A stretch of DNA of 55,623 nucleotides from NCBI GenBank assembly GCA_045837725.1, contig JBEWZL010000114.1:1-55623 (forward strand), given 5' to 3'. Below are positions 1 to 16,941 of the stretch, piece by piece. Position numbers and translations under genes: made by a program. Within the stretch, counting starts at the first letter, position 1. Each line of letters starts with the position of its first letter. A model generated the notes under the pieces. It worked only from the letters and a program-made list of their open reading frames with translations. It had not been told where the DNA came from and made no database searches. The DNA comes from Vermamoeba vermiformis (taxonomy: Eukaryota).

Positions 1-359
1 AAATATTCTAATTATTAATTTTGTAAATTACTTCGTGAATTACAAAGCCAAATTGATCGGACTAGTCAAAAATAATAAATATTAAATGTAATTTAAAAAT
101 ACGATAACAATGCGAGTCACTTTACATAAAATAAGAACAGAAATATTAATGCCCTATTAATTTTGCAAATTAATTCTTGCCTTGTGCGGATTGTAGATTC
201 TATCACACCCTTTGATAAAGCCTTCCAGCTGACCGATGCTAATCGCCGTTAATAATAAGTGACAGTGAGAGACACAAACGTCGCGAGGTATTGTGTTGTT
301 TTGTGGCTACCGGTTTTTTTGTTTAACGCTCTTATTGCACGATCGAATAGAACAACAAC

Positions 360-1578
360 ATGTCCTTCCAAGCGGTGTACGAAAAAGGAGGAAGTGATGA
401 AAAAGTAATAATTCATAATTCTCGCACAATGTCGTATTAACAAGCAAGTTTAGTGCCTTCGATGTTCAAAACAATTTACCAAAAAACAATTAAAAATCGG
501 ATATAGCTTTGAAAGCGCTGATAAAGAAGTTTGGTTTCATTTGGATTGCTTCAAGGTAAGTAGATAATTAAATACATATTTTCTTAATTTGGATCGCGTA
601 ATCTCCTCAAGAATTTCTGAGAATAATTGAAGTCACTAGGTCCCATTCGCCTTAAATGCAGATAATCTTGAGGAAAAGATGCAGAACTTTGAGGACCTAA
701 CAGAGTCAGATCAAAAGAAACTTCGCCAAAAAGTCGCTGGGGCTAGTACGTTACGTGGGACCAACAAATAACTACAAGAGACCAATACTAATTGCATACC
801 ATAGCACCTGTTAAAGAGAAAAAGAATGACAAAAAGAGAAAGCGGGAGGACGAAGAAACGACACCTGTACGTAATCGGTGATAATTTCTTCGGTCCTCTA
901 GGACTTACCTAACAATTTACACAGAAAAAGAAAGCTAAGTCAGAGTCATCCGAAGAAAAGAAAGAGATCAGCAAGAAGACTGCGGAAGAGCTGCGCAATA
1001 TGTTGAGGTAAGCCTTGACTTAAATGAAGCGCTCGCTGCGACAAAGGTGTGACCTAACTTCTATTAGAATTAATAATCAGTTGTTGTCTGGAAAGAAAGA
1101 AGAATTAGTGGTACGTTAATCTTGGAATCTCTGCGCATAAATAATGTGATCTGACCACATCTGCAGGATCGTGTGTACGATAGACAAAAGAACGGAAACG
1201 TTCCTAAGTGCCCCAAATGCAAGGTAAGACATAGCGCCTACGTGTATCGCCTCGAGCTATACTCCTAACACAACATGAAGATTGGCTATCTGCACGTAAT
1301 TGATGACGACGATTTTGAATTGCCTAATTATAAGAAGATTGATAACGAAACAGTTCACGACGATCCAAACAATCCACGCCCGAAAGGTAACTATACTCCA
1401 GAACGTTAAAACTTCTTGTGGAGTGCGTGAGCGGATATTAACCACGAGACTAAAATTTAATACTTTAGTCCTTACGGAATGCCATGGTCATCGCGAAGGA
1501 AAGAAGTATGTGCGTTGTCCATTCATTGGGTATTTGAAACGAACTGATTGGAACGATACATCTATTGTCCTAAGTTAA
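360..1578 (+). CDS. PARP-type zinc finger + PADR1-like domain protein, multi-exon, no catalytic PARP domain
   Basis: Spliced reading MSFQAVYEKGGSDEK|CLRCSKQFTKKQLKIG..WFHLDCFK (zf-PARP CxxC..HxxC); then ELRNMLRINNQLLSGKKEELVDRV..GNVPKCPKCK..ECHG..RCPF (PADR1-like); stop at 1578. Internal 3' exon boundaries uncertain. Confidence 0.7.
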
Positions 1579-2254
1579 TAAACGTCACAAAAATCAGTTT
1601 AAATTAATGCCTATCCTTCTCGGCGTGACAACAGAGCTATTTGTTTTAAATAACGATGTATGCTGCATGATGACTTGTGGATGGAAATAATCCGCAAGAG
1701 CGGAGTTTGGATGAATCTATGTTTGTTGAATCTGGGTGGACCTGACTCACTGCAAGCATTATTTGCCGACAAACGCGCGTAATATTATAATAATTTCTTT
1801 GTATGGAAATGTTCCGGTTTGGTTAAATTATGTGCAATTCAATTTTTTGGTTGTTTAAATCAGTTTTGTTGAAAACTGATCAGCCTCTTAACTGAAGCTT
1901 CTTCTTCAATGCAACTTGAGATCGAACTAATATATCAATACTATGTAGGTGCCACCTAATGACAACATCTTGCAGTTGTTTGCGTACACATCCGGTCTGG
2001 AATTGCATTTACGTCGGTGCGCTGTTTTATCCACAAACATCAAGTGTTTCTTAACTCAGTTTTTAATGATTAATTTCAATAATCTTGGCACAAACATAAT
2101 CTCCCTGTGATCTGGAAAAATCACGTGCGTGATTATTGGCATGCCGAAAATTAGCCAACAATAAAACTCGTTATTGCACGCATTTTCCTTTCAAACTCGA
2201 ATTACAAACACACGAACAGGTCCATCCATCGCAACTTGTTCAAACCGTGGAACC

Positions 2255-5200
2255 ATGAACAAACTTCTTACTATCGCGGTTATTTTTGCTTTGGCCGTTA
2301 TGGCTATGGCTCAATGTAAGTCTTCGTAAATTGGGTTTACATCCTCCTATTGTTTCTTAAATCTACTTATTAATATGCTCCTCGTATTGTGTACTAATAT
2401 GTTCCTGGTTTAGCCTGCCCTCCTTCAGGATCAGCTTGCAGCGTATCTGGTTCCCCCTGCGTTATTTCTCAAAGTGGCTCTACTGACTCCAGCGACCCTG
2501 GTGTCTTCCCTAGACGAACCAACCTTTACTTCCCTCCTGCCACTAACACATATACTCAAACCATCACCTTCCCTACCCCCACCGTAGGTGAAGTTATGAT
2601 TCTTCAAGACATTGGCCCTGGCGTTGACGCTGATGACATTTCCTCCGTCTCTAACACCATTCAAGCCTTGTACAACTTCTTGGTTAGGGACTGGCCTTCC
2701 CTCAAGTTGGGCTTTGCTACCTTCAACCAATCCCTCGGTAGCTACATGGCTCGTACCACTTTGTCCAACGATGTCTCAAACAGAGGTTACTTGAAGTCTG
2801 CTATCGATGGTGTCGCTGCTAACTACGCTAGACGCAACGATCCTGTTATGCCTAATGGTGCCGTTTTGGATGCTGTTATTGATGCCGCCAAGGACACCAA
2901 CTTTGGCTGGAGCAAGTACTCTGCTAAGTTCATCATCGTATTGACTCGCTTTGGTTATCCTACTGCCTCTCCTTTCATGGACGCAGCTACCTTCAAGAGC
3001 AACTTGTTGCAATATGGCGCTTTGCCCGTCTTCTGCACCAAGATTGATCAAAACCCCGACGGCAAGTCTCAATTCCAAGCCTTGGTTAACTCTATGAAGC
3101 TCGGTGTTGTTGGTAACGGAAAGTAAGTATAGGACCATTTTCGGCAAGCGAATAGAAATTTCATTTTTTTTCCTTTTTTAGACTCAGCGATTAAATTATT
3201 TATTATCGGCATTGACTAACAGTTATCGCAGCACTCCTTCCAACAACCTCCTTGCTCAAGACCAAGGTAACTGGAACCAACTTGGCAAGTTTGGTGTCGA
3301 TGACCTTCGCACTGGCTACTTCGGCATTGGCAGTGGCAACAACCCTAACATCCAACACGTCATCACCCAAGGTGCTTCTTATGTTCAATCAGTCACCTAC
3401 TCCAAGAGCGGTAGCAACATTATTGCCACCATCGTCTACAAGTGGACCGACCCTGTTTACACTGTCTCTCCTTACGTCGTCATTAACTTTGTCGGCTACG
3501 GAGAAGTCATCACCACTATGAAGACTAACACTCCCCCTACCCTATCATCTGGTAGCTACACTCTTGCTCAAACCGCCACTGCCGATTTCTCTTTGATCGG
3601 TACTGATGTTGATGGCAACACCCTCTCCGTCTCCTACAACGGTCCTTCCCCAGCTCAAGGTATCTTCACTGGTACTTCCTCTACTGCTGGCTCTTCTTCG
3701 ACCACCTTCAGCGGTACCTACGATCCCGTAGACTCCTTCAACGGCACCTTCACTGTTCCTGCTACCGTTTCCGACGGATGCGCCACCGCTTCTGGTCAGT
3801 TGACCTTCACCGTCACCTACGTCAACAAGCCTCCTACTGCTTCTGACATCGCGGTCTCTACTAACAAGAACACCGACAAGACGATCGACTTCTCTCAAAG
3901 CATTTCTGATCCCGACACTGCTACCAACGCCTTGAAGGTTGTCATTGTTTCCTTGCCCCCTGTCTCTTCGGGTACTTTGTTGGTTGGCGGCTCTCCCATC
4001 ACTAGCCCCAACACTCAAATCACTGGCCAGTCTGTAGTCTTCCGTCCTGCTACCAACTTCGTCAGCGTGAGCGATGTTCAGTTTAACTACAAGGTCGTCG
4101 ATACCACTAGCTTGGAGTCTAACACTGCCACCGTCAGCGTTAAGGTCGTCAACACTAACTCTCCTCCTACTTTGAGCACTGACAAGAGTTCCATCACCTT
4201 GGCTAAGTCGAGCACTGCTACCATCACCGTCTACACATCCGATCCTGATGTCCCTGACAACGTTGACGTGACTCTCATTAGCAACTCTGTTAGTGGCAAC
4301 TCCAACTTTGCCTCTATCACCGTTAGCACTGGCAACACCTTCTCTGGCACCAACGAAATTGCCACTAACTTGGACACCAACGGCGGAATGAAGTCGTTTA
4401 CCATCACCTTTACCACTGTTGGTACCACCACCGCCTTCTCTGGTTCATTCTCTTTGCAAGCCAAGGACTCATTCAGTGCTACCTCTGGCACTGTCTCCGT
4501 CGGTGTAACCGTGACTGCTACTCCTCCTCCTGCAAACAATGCTCCTATCACTACGGCCCCTGGTGCTCAAAACACTAACTTGAACACCGACATCACCAAC
4601 ATCCCCCTTACTGGCCAGGATCCTGACGCCGCTGACAATGCCAACTTGAGACTCTTCTTGACTTTGTTGCCTAAGTACGGTACTCTCTTCTACAACAACG
4701 TCGCTGTCACTGCTACCGGTGAATTGGCTACCACTCTCCGTCAAAGCCCTGATTCGACCTTCCCTGTCACTTACAGACCTAACCTCAACTCGATCTCTGA
4801 CGACAGCTTCAGCTTTTACGTGCAAGATTCCTCCGGTGCTACTTCTAGCTCTCGTGTTGTCCCCATCACTATCAACAACACTAACCAGCCTCCTACTTCC
4901 GCTGACAAGACCGTCACCACTCCTCAAGACACTCAAGCTTCTTTCTCTTTGAGCACCTTCGATCCTGAAGGTCAAACCACCACCATTGAGCTTGTTACTG
5001 TTCCTGCTGGTGTTACTCCTTCTAGCGGTTCGGTCTCTGCTCCTTACTCCTTCACCTACGATCCTCCAGCTGGTCAATTCTCTAACCCCGATGGCTCTGT
5101 CTTCGCTACTATGACCTTTAAGGCCAAGGACTCTTTGGGCCTTTCCTCTGTCGCTACTTACACTGTTTCCTTCATCATCGACAGACTCAAGACTCCTCCT

Positions 5201-6874
5201 ACTTCTCAAGACGAGACCATCACCACCAAGCAGAACACCGGTGCCTCTGTTGTTCTTCAAGGCAACGGTCGCGCTCCTGTCGTCGCCGTCATTGACATTC
5301 CTGCCGGCTTCAAGGGCACTTTGTACTCTGACGCTGCTATGACCTCTGCCATCAGCACTGGCTTCGCCACCGACAGCACTCGTACCCTCTATTACATGCC
5401 TCCTCAAGACGGCGTTTCTATCAACGGTGCCATCTTCACTCAATTCTACTTCAAGGCTCGTGATTCTGACAGCTTGCTCTCTACCTCTACCTACACTGTC
5501 ACTATCTACGTTACTCCTAACAACTACGGTGGCTCCAAGACCGTTAACATTGACGAAGATACATTCGGTTTGATCACCTTGGCCCCTACCGATAACTTCG
5601 CTTCCACCGACGGCACTGCTTTGAAGGGCGTTATCTCCGCTGTCAACTCTGGCAATGGTGCTCTCTACTTCTGCACTTCCGAGTCTGCTTGCAGCACTAC
5701 CGCTATCTCTGGCACCCCCGTGATCCCCGCCGATGTCAAGTTCGCCAAGTTTGTCCCTGCTCCCGAAGACTCTGCTTCTCCTTACGCCACCTTCTCTTAC
5801 AAGTTGACTGACACCAACACTGCCATCGAAGCCACTTACGATGTTACCATCAACGTCATCCCCGTCAACGATCCTCCAGTCATCCATCCTGACTTCAAGG
5901 ACCGTGAAAGCACCCCTGCTGACACTCCTCTTAAGTTGACCTACTCTGGCACTGACATTGATGATGCCGTCGAGACTTTGATCAGCGTTGTTACCTACTT
6001 GCCTCAACGTGGTAGCTTGTACCGTATCGTCAACGGTGCTCAAGGAACTGAAATCACTGAAGCCGACAGCGTCGTCCTTGCCACTACCCCTGGCAAGTTC
6101 GAAGTTTTCTTCGTTCCTACCGCTGGCTCTTCTGGTCGTAACTACGCCACCGTTGCCTTCGCCATCCAAGATCCTCACGGTGCTCGCTCCAGCAACGCCT
6201 TCGTGACTATCAACGTCACCCCCGTCAACAGACCTCCTACTGTTACGGTTGGCGGTCCTTACAGAGTCGTTCAAAGCGACACTTTGCCCATCACCGAGAC
6301 CACCGTCGCCGACCCTGATGTTGGCAACTTCAACATGTTGGTCACTCTTCAACTCGAAGCCGGCTCCACTGGTACCTTCACTTTGACTGACGACCGTGCC
6401 TTCAAGGGTCCTTGCTCTTGGAACGCTGACAACACCGTCCTCTCCTGCAAGGCTCCTGAGAACAAGCTCAACAGCTTCTTGGCCTCTTTGACCTTCACTT
6501 CTGACGTTACTGGCGTTCACCACATTGTCGTTACTGTTGATGACTTGAACAACGGTGCTACTTCCGATCTTCGTGGCACTCCTGGTTTGACTGCCACCGC
6601 CACCATGGAAATCACTGTCGTTCCCCCTTCCACCGTCGTTACTGACAACAACAACCAAGACTTGACCATCGCCCTCTCCGTCTCTGGTGCTGGTGCTTTG
6701 GCTGCCCTCGGTATTGGTGGTTTCTTCTTGGGCCGCAAGTTGAAGAAGGCTGCTCCTGCTGATGACTACTTCAGCTTCATGAACGACGACAGCACTGACG
6801 TCAAGATCAATCCTCTGTTCGCTTCCAAGTTCGGAGGTCCTGCTGATAACCCTGTCTACACTGCTCAGGTCTAA
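2255..6874 (+). CDS. Sib (similar-to-integrin-beta)-like type I membrane adhesin: signal peptide, vWA-like domain, cadherin/Ig-like repeats, TM helix, two NPxY/F motifs
   Basis: Exons 2255-2315, 2414-3122 and 3232-6874 join in frame; MNKLLTIAVIFALAVMAMA signal; repeated 'VNxPP..D.D' units; Gly/Ala-rich TM; tail NPLF and NPVY; strong C/T-ending codon bias. Confidence 0.8.
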
Positions 6875-7807
6875 CGGCAATCTTTTTTAAAACTTAACTT
6901 GTAAAATATGAAATAACCGCAAATAAATTGTTAGATTAATATTAATTTCGCCTTCTAGTCTGTTTGCGGCAAAAACGTGATGCTTATCATTCCTCGCAAA
7001 AACGCGATGGTGATAGCAGCTTATTCCTAATTTGGACAACGAGCTCACAACTGATGTTTTTGTACCAAACAAGCGGGAGATTTTGTCTCTTTCAGTTCCA
7101 TAATTATGTTTGAAACTTTATTTGCAAATTAGCACAACGAAGGGCTTGCCGATTTGGAATATTCGCTTTTGGAATGCGGATTGCAAAAAACAACCCAAGG
7201 ATCACTTAGAGAATGATAGTATATTGCCATGGCAAAGTGCGTACACCTCAAACTGCAAGAATAATATAATTACCGACAATCTCGCGTACAATTAACCGAA
7301 TACTCTTGCGACTTTTAATTTTTAAACTTTGAAAAAAAATAATTCCTAATTATTATTTACAGCGATAATAACACTACGTTTAATTTAAAAACGGGGTCCG
7401 TGGAGCCGTACGTGCGACCACAACGTAACTCCGCTCCATACCGACATTCTCCAATTACACATAACGGTAAGGCTTTGAAACTGACTGTTACAAAATCCTA
7501 TTATTAATATTTAATAATTAAAAATTATGAACTTGCTGTTTAAATCTTTCGCCGTCGTTCTGAATTACACCAGATTTCCATCTGGAGACAACTTTGACAA
7601 ATACAGAAACAGACCATAACGACGGCAATTTAATAGTAGTTTACTTTGATACGTTATCCGATTATAGTCAGAATGAAATACTGCAATGCAATTTACAGCC
7701 ATAAAATAACTGACAAATCCCCCAAAGGGCACCGAAATTTATTTCATCATTTGATTATTACTACAATAATTATTTATTAATATTATATAAAACAAATTTT
7801 TGTCGCA

Positions 7808-10628
<2,821 letters not shown>

Positions 10629-11107
10629 TCATATTGACCCCACAACATTTGTATTAATATTATTATTTCGTTTTAACTGGCGTTTGTATATACATATCAA
10701 TCGCTGCATTTCATGTATAGTAATGGCAAACTACCGTAGACAGCCGGAGGAGAAGAGTTCAAATAAACGATGTACAGTAATTAATAACTTGCATGACATT
10801 CGATTGAGTGGTTTGGCCAGCGGCTCGTTGAGGACTTACTCCAAAAAGTCGGCTAAACAATACAATAGCACCCCACATTCATACGTTTGTTTATTAGCAG
10901 AACAGCAAATAGTGGGCGATAAATCATCATCTGTTCATATTTTCGTAAGTGCAAGCTGAGTAAAACAATCACAGTCTTGTCGCAAGTGTAACTCATCATC
11001 ATACGATCAAAAAAAATCGATCACAGCGTCAGCATAGGAAAAAAACTAGTTGGAGCACGGCGCTTAGATGGAACAGGGATGATATTAAAAACAATTGTGT
11101 TTATTAT

Positions 11108-14100
11108 TTACAAACCAGTCGTCGTGGTGGCTCTAGTCCTACCCTTATCTTTCGACGCAGTGTTATTGCTGCTTTCACTGTCCATCGCTTGACGCATCTC
11201 AGTGTCGCCAAAGATCAATTCTTTCATTTGTTTTCTGAACGATTCATCTTCTTTCACTAAATTCAAGATCGCTTTTTTCAATTCAGCCATATCTATATAT
11301 TAAAATAGCCGTTAGTATCGGTCGTTTAGTACGATATTTCCTTATTTAGTAATTTTCTTTTGATGTTTGGAACGTACCAGTTGGAATCATCTTAGCGGCC
11401 AGCACAGTGCTGGAAATTGATTGGTGGTTTTCAGGATCAACTTTTGCTTCACTGGCTCTGTTCCAATCGAAAAATTCTTTCTTGACGTACTTTGACACGA
11501 TCCAAAACATTCGTTTTTCACGTGTTGCGTTCTGTTTTGGCTTTTCTCTGTAACTAGGCACTTTGCTTTCCCAAATTTCATTCACTTTTTTATTGCCCAT
11601 CGTGCGCATGTACTAAAAAATTAATAAAATTAATATTTTGGTTCAGTGAAAAAATGCTATTGTGGAAGGGCCTCGAGATTTCCTATTTTGGTAATAAGGA
11701 TCGAATACTTACGGCAACGGCTTCAGGCTCCCAATTATCCAAATAGATCGATCGAACTTTTGACACTTGCACCCCGAGTGCTCGATGAACTCCCGAGCAA
11801 TCAATGCACACGAAATTTCCAATGTTAATCACAGCCCACTCCGGATCTGTCGTATAATAAATATATATTAGCCATGCATATCATACTATATTAAGATCCC
11901 CGAATAAGGAAATGCGTAAGCACGAATTTTTGGCATGGGAATTTTGAGCTAAATTTGTCGTGCGTTGTATATATTTCCTAATTTGGTAATTATAACGTAC
12001 CGACAGCATCGCAATCAGTGCAAATGTTATTTCCAGGTAATTTCATAATCTCCAACAACTCTTTGACTTCAGGCTTCAGATCTTCTTTGTCGTGGCCGTT
12101 AGCGCTCTCTTGCAAGTCCAATGACTGCAGCATTTGATTGTCACATGCCTTTTGAATGGAGGTCACCCAGTCTTGCGTGGATTGTTGGCTGTCTGTCGCC
12201 ATCAAAAATTTTGTGTCCGGAGTGAAGATCTCGAACATGTACAACTTTCGCTATATTTTCAATAATATATTAGCATATGTATAATGATAGTAGGTCCCGG
12301 GTATATATATAAAACACTATATAGTAATTTAAAAATTAAATGTATGATAAATTTTTTTAATGCGGATCTGACCAGATCCGGTACCAAACTCGATTTGACG
12401 CAAACTTCGTATTCATATTATCAATATGTACATACCTTTCCACTCAAGGGCTTGTCAATGACTTTACATTGTGAGAATAGCATTGGAATCACGAGCTTAG
12501 CCTTGATTTCCACGGGACTCTTTTTGGCGGTCAAGCGCGTGTCGTCTAAGATCAAGTACCGCCTCTTCCAGGGTCCTAATTTGCTCTAATAATGCAAAAA
12601 ATATTAACATAAATTAATATTATAGCGATTTACTCTAAAATTCGATCAATGTATCCTGAAATTAAGATCTCAATATGGACGACCCGGATTCGATTTTCAA
12701 ATGAATTGAGTGGAGAATTGTAAAGATGTATATGTAAGTATATTATAAAGCTTACCTTTAACAATACATAACCAACTTTAGCCTTCATAACGGGTTTGGA
12801 TCCGGATGAAGCACGATGACTGCGGCCTCCACTTGCTTCAATCGTGGAACGTGAACCTGGTGAAGACATTGGACCTAATGATGTTCTGCGACCACTGGTG
12901 GTGGTCTATTGATGAAAAATAGATTAGTAACTGAGTTTGAACTGCCGCGTACTGGATGTGGTCACAAAAATAATTTTCATTCTTAGAAATTATTAGTACT
13001 ATTCTAGCATTAATATTGCTTACCTCTATTTGTTCAGCGTTAAGGGACTTTCTCTTATCCTTTTCAACGCGGTCTTTCTCCTCTTGCAAGGTCTGGATCC
13101 AATCGTCGTTCTTCCAGCTTGGAATTTTGAGCATTGATTGTAAATTACTTAATAGAGCTGTTTCTTCGGGCAAAGGCTCTCCTATAATAATATAATGACA
13201 TTAAGCAACCGTCTAATCTCTCTCTTGGAAAAGTATTTAGCTCGATCCGGAAAATTAAAAAAGTGGTTATGAGCAGATCTGTCTAATTAGACTAAATATG
13301 ATTTAATATGGTATTGTGTTTACCTAATTCCTTAATTTGTTGATCGATTTGCAATTCAAAGTTCGGGTCTTCCCAATCCATGCCAGACGAGCTGGATTCG
13401 TCGTCGCTTTCTTCGATAGTTTCAGAGAAGACTGTAAATAAGAAATTCGTATTAATACATGCTCATACTATACTTAGATCACATAATTAGTATGATTACG
13501 CGATTACGAAAGAAATTTTCGCATCCGCGTAACGCGGCTTTAAATTTTCTTGTGGAATTAGCTTAAAGGCCCCATAACGATATAAATATGGACTATACGT
13601 ATCAATATACTAATGACTCTTCTAATAACGAATTTTTCGAATTTCAAGCAAATATTTACGAATTAATTTTTCTAATTTTCTTCGACTTACCTGCTTTAAC
13701 ATGCATTGGTAACTGAACATGACGCGATGATATCGTTCTAATGAACTGATCGCGCTTAAATTTCAGCGTAGCAATGGTCTGTTTGTCTTCATCAGTTTGC
13801 TCATCTGTATCCGCGTCGCTTTCTTTGAGTGCATCAACACGAGGAGATCTAGGGGTCTTAGACTTTCTTGACGTCTGCAATAGTATGATTAGCATATATA
13901 TCCATATTAGTGCGATAGCAGGGTCCATGTAGCTACACGAACAAGTGCAAGCACATCCCGTACGAGGTTTTTTCAATTTCGATTAGAAAGCTTATTATGA
14001 GGTAATAAACGTAATTTAACAGTATTAGAGTATAAGGGTATAATATATCAATGCAACTTACCGAGTTTGTATTGGAACTTTCGTCTTTGCTGCTATGGCG

Positions 14101-15346
14101 CGAGTGACCGCCAGATCTCGAGGCACTTGAAGACTCCATGACTTTAATACTAGGCGAGGACATACTAGCTGATAATGGATGAGGACTGCCTAGCGTATGA
14201 GGTCCCTGTTTGTGCTCATCTGAAGTCGCAGTTTTGTTTTCACTGTTCGGATCAACCAAACTCTTGGAGAGACGGAAACTAATGTAAATGGTATTAATAA
14301 TGTGCTTAATTATAATATTAAGCTAATATTAAGCTTTAAACGTTTATCGAGTGTAGTGTAACAGCGGATTTGTTCGCAAAAATAAAAAAAGTTAAATTTA
14401 GCTCTGATTGAGTTCTTAATCAATGGTTAGCATGATTGATAATACAGTACACTATATTTCCATATTACATACCTATCGCGTTTCTTCTTATCTTTCTTGG
14501 ACGGATCGCCCTTCTTTTTCTCTTTCTTTTCTTTTTTGTCTTTCTCCGTGCGGTCAGTCATGCTTCCGTCTTTATTAACAACATCGCCTTTGTCTTTTTT
14601 CTCTATTTTCCGGTGCTTGATGGTTATTTCTATTTAGGAATAATTAGGTGATTTGCCAACGAATAAATAAAATACAATTGATTTTAATTAAATATGGATA
14701 AATGTTTGAATATATGCGTCAAAATATGTATTATGCCGATAATAAATAACATGCTAGTATTTTAGTTCAATTTGGCGTTTGATTTTGAATCGCAATTTAA
14801 AATGTGTGGACGATTAAAAGATACGATTCTTTACATCTTTATAAATCAAGTACAAATTTGAACCACTAGTATAATATAATATAATGCATATAATAATGAA
14901 CGCAGTAATATTTGCAATTTAAAGCGTATTTTCGTGCGAAATACAAACGGCGATACAAATTATCGAAATTTGCTCTAAAACAATAAAAGAGCAATATTTT
15001 AATCGTGTAATAATATATTAAAGCATGATTTTACAGCGTAATTTCAAATGTCAGAGATCGGGAGTTAAATTTTATTCAATTAATTAGATCAGCCAAATCA
15101 CGAATGAATTCCAATGAAATATAATAAATATGATATAAAGACTATATTTACCTCCTGTGCTTTTACTAGAAATAATTTTTGGTCGATCTTTTGTTTTCAC
15201 CGCGACTCCATCGTTATCCGTTCTTTTAGAGTCCGACTGGATAAAATTAATTAATATAATTATAAATATCCTCGGGGAATAATTAATTATTATTTTCGAA
15301 TTATTTGGATTTGCAATTCCATTTGTTTTTATCGTCTGCGTACCAT
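11108..15346 (-). CDS. PH-domain + ArfGAP protein with low-complexity N-terminus
   Basis: Exons encode [16 protein letters not shown] (PH) and [25 protein letters not shown] (ArfGAP zinc finger and catalytic Arg), [16 protein letters not shown]. The ATG-only first exon at 15344-15346 is inferred. Confidence 0.82.
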
Positions 15347-15810
15347 TCTGCATAAAATATTCCACTCTTATTCTGATGACAGTTGGAATATTATATTAGC
15401 AATGCCCTATTAATGCGTTATTGTAACGCTCAGTTCTTAAGAGTCATGAAAATAAAAAAATCTTGTTGTAACCTCCGTTGAATCACAACAGGATCCCGCT
15501 CAACGAGATTGACATAAGCCAAAAGACAGACTCATTAAAGAACAATATAGCCAGTCCAAACTTCAAATTAGTTTGATATTAGGCAGTGGTCTTTAGTCGC
15601 CGATCGCGTAGTCTTTTTACCAGATCAGTTAAGGCCTTACATGGAACGGCTGCTAGAAGCAATAAGATGAGGTGATTATACGAATGCAATTGTTAAGAGA
15701 TTTGTTTATTGGACGTATGCAAAAGTATGTACAAAGAAGAGGCTTGTTACTGTAAGTATTTACAAGGCATTACGCTAACTACTAATCATATTGCGTAGTT
15801 GTTATGAAAA

Positions 15811-16419
15811 TTAACGGAACTTTTCGCGGCATCGAAGGACCAGCTATAATAAAGAAGAATTACGTCAGATCGCGCTCGTTACGAAAATTTATGAAACAAG
15901 TTGTACTTACGTCGTCGAACTGAAGATCAGCGAGAGTATGACCTTGCAATGAGATAGCAATGCCGTTCAATGCTTGCTTCAATGGAGCAAGGCTAGAAGC
16001 GTGCAACATCTTTGTTTTGACCGAGGAGTCACGAGGGATCCAGGTCACGAAAACGAGCTTGGTACGTTGACCTCCATCTTCAGTAGTGTACCCAACATGA
16101 GTTACTGCGTAGCGGGCTTCATCTTGAGGCAAATCAGCCAAAAACTAAAAAAAGGAGTCGTAAATAAGCTGCGCGTACGAGACGGATCAGATCCGACTTA
16201 CTTGTTCGTAAGAAGTGCCAGGAGCAGCAGTCTTGTCAATGGTAATGTTCATAGTGGTCATATCGAGCTTGTACATAATGTAGCCATATTTGCCTCGAAG
16301 TTTAAACTCTTCAAACTCGCGGATGCACTCGTCGGCGATTTTGGCTCCAGAAAGGTTGCTCTGTTTACTAAGTTAGAAACTACCAGCAGATAAGCAATAA
16401 AAAATATTTAATTTACCAT
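15811..16419 (-). CDS. ADF/cofilin family actin-binding protein
   Basis: ATG|intron|SNLSGAKIADECIREFEEFKL..LPQDEARYAV..KLVFVTWIP..VKTKMLHASS; four exons in frame. Confidence 0.92.
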
Positions 16420-16941
16420 TGTTGTTTTGTGTTGGTTGATTGGTTGTGTTGTTGATGAATGGAAAGAGTTGGATGCCGTATTTAAATGTTTTTTTGAGCG
16501 TGTGTATTCAAAGAAGAATATTATAAAAAATAGTGGAAAATAGTAAAATTAATCGTACAGCGAGCAAAACGATGAAACGGTACACAGAAAGCAGATTTGA
16601 CTATTATTTCGAAGAAGTTCGGTGAAGTAGCGTTAAAAACAGGACCAAAAATTCAATATAATTGTTATTATTTAAGTACGTTAACGCGATAACTATAGTA
16701 GAATAACAATAAGTAATCATTATGGCCCAAAAAAAACGGCCAGATGAATTTTAAACAGATGGAACGTTGAGTCTCACCGTAGTTGCTATTTACATATAAA
16801 ATAATGAATAATAATTAGCGTATCGCTGTTGATTGCATCGGGTAGTTTGTTCTCTTCGTTACAGGGACAAATCAATTAAACGTGAATTAAACGTCCTGTT
16901 AAATTTTAACACGCAGACTGAGTGCAATACCACGCATAAGA

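Noticed and set aside
4469-6880. 803-aa antisense ORF
   Set aside because: Shadow of the strongly codon-biased adhesin gene; no independent motifs.
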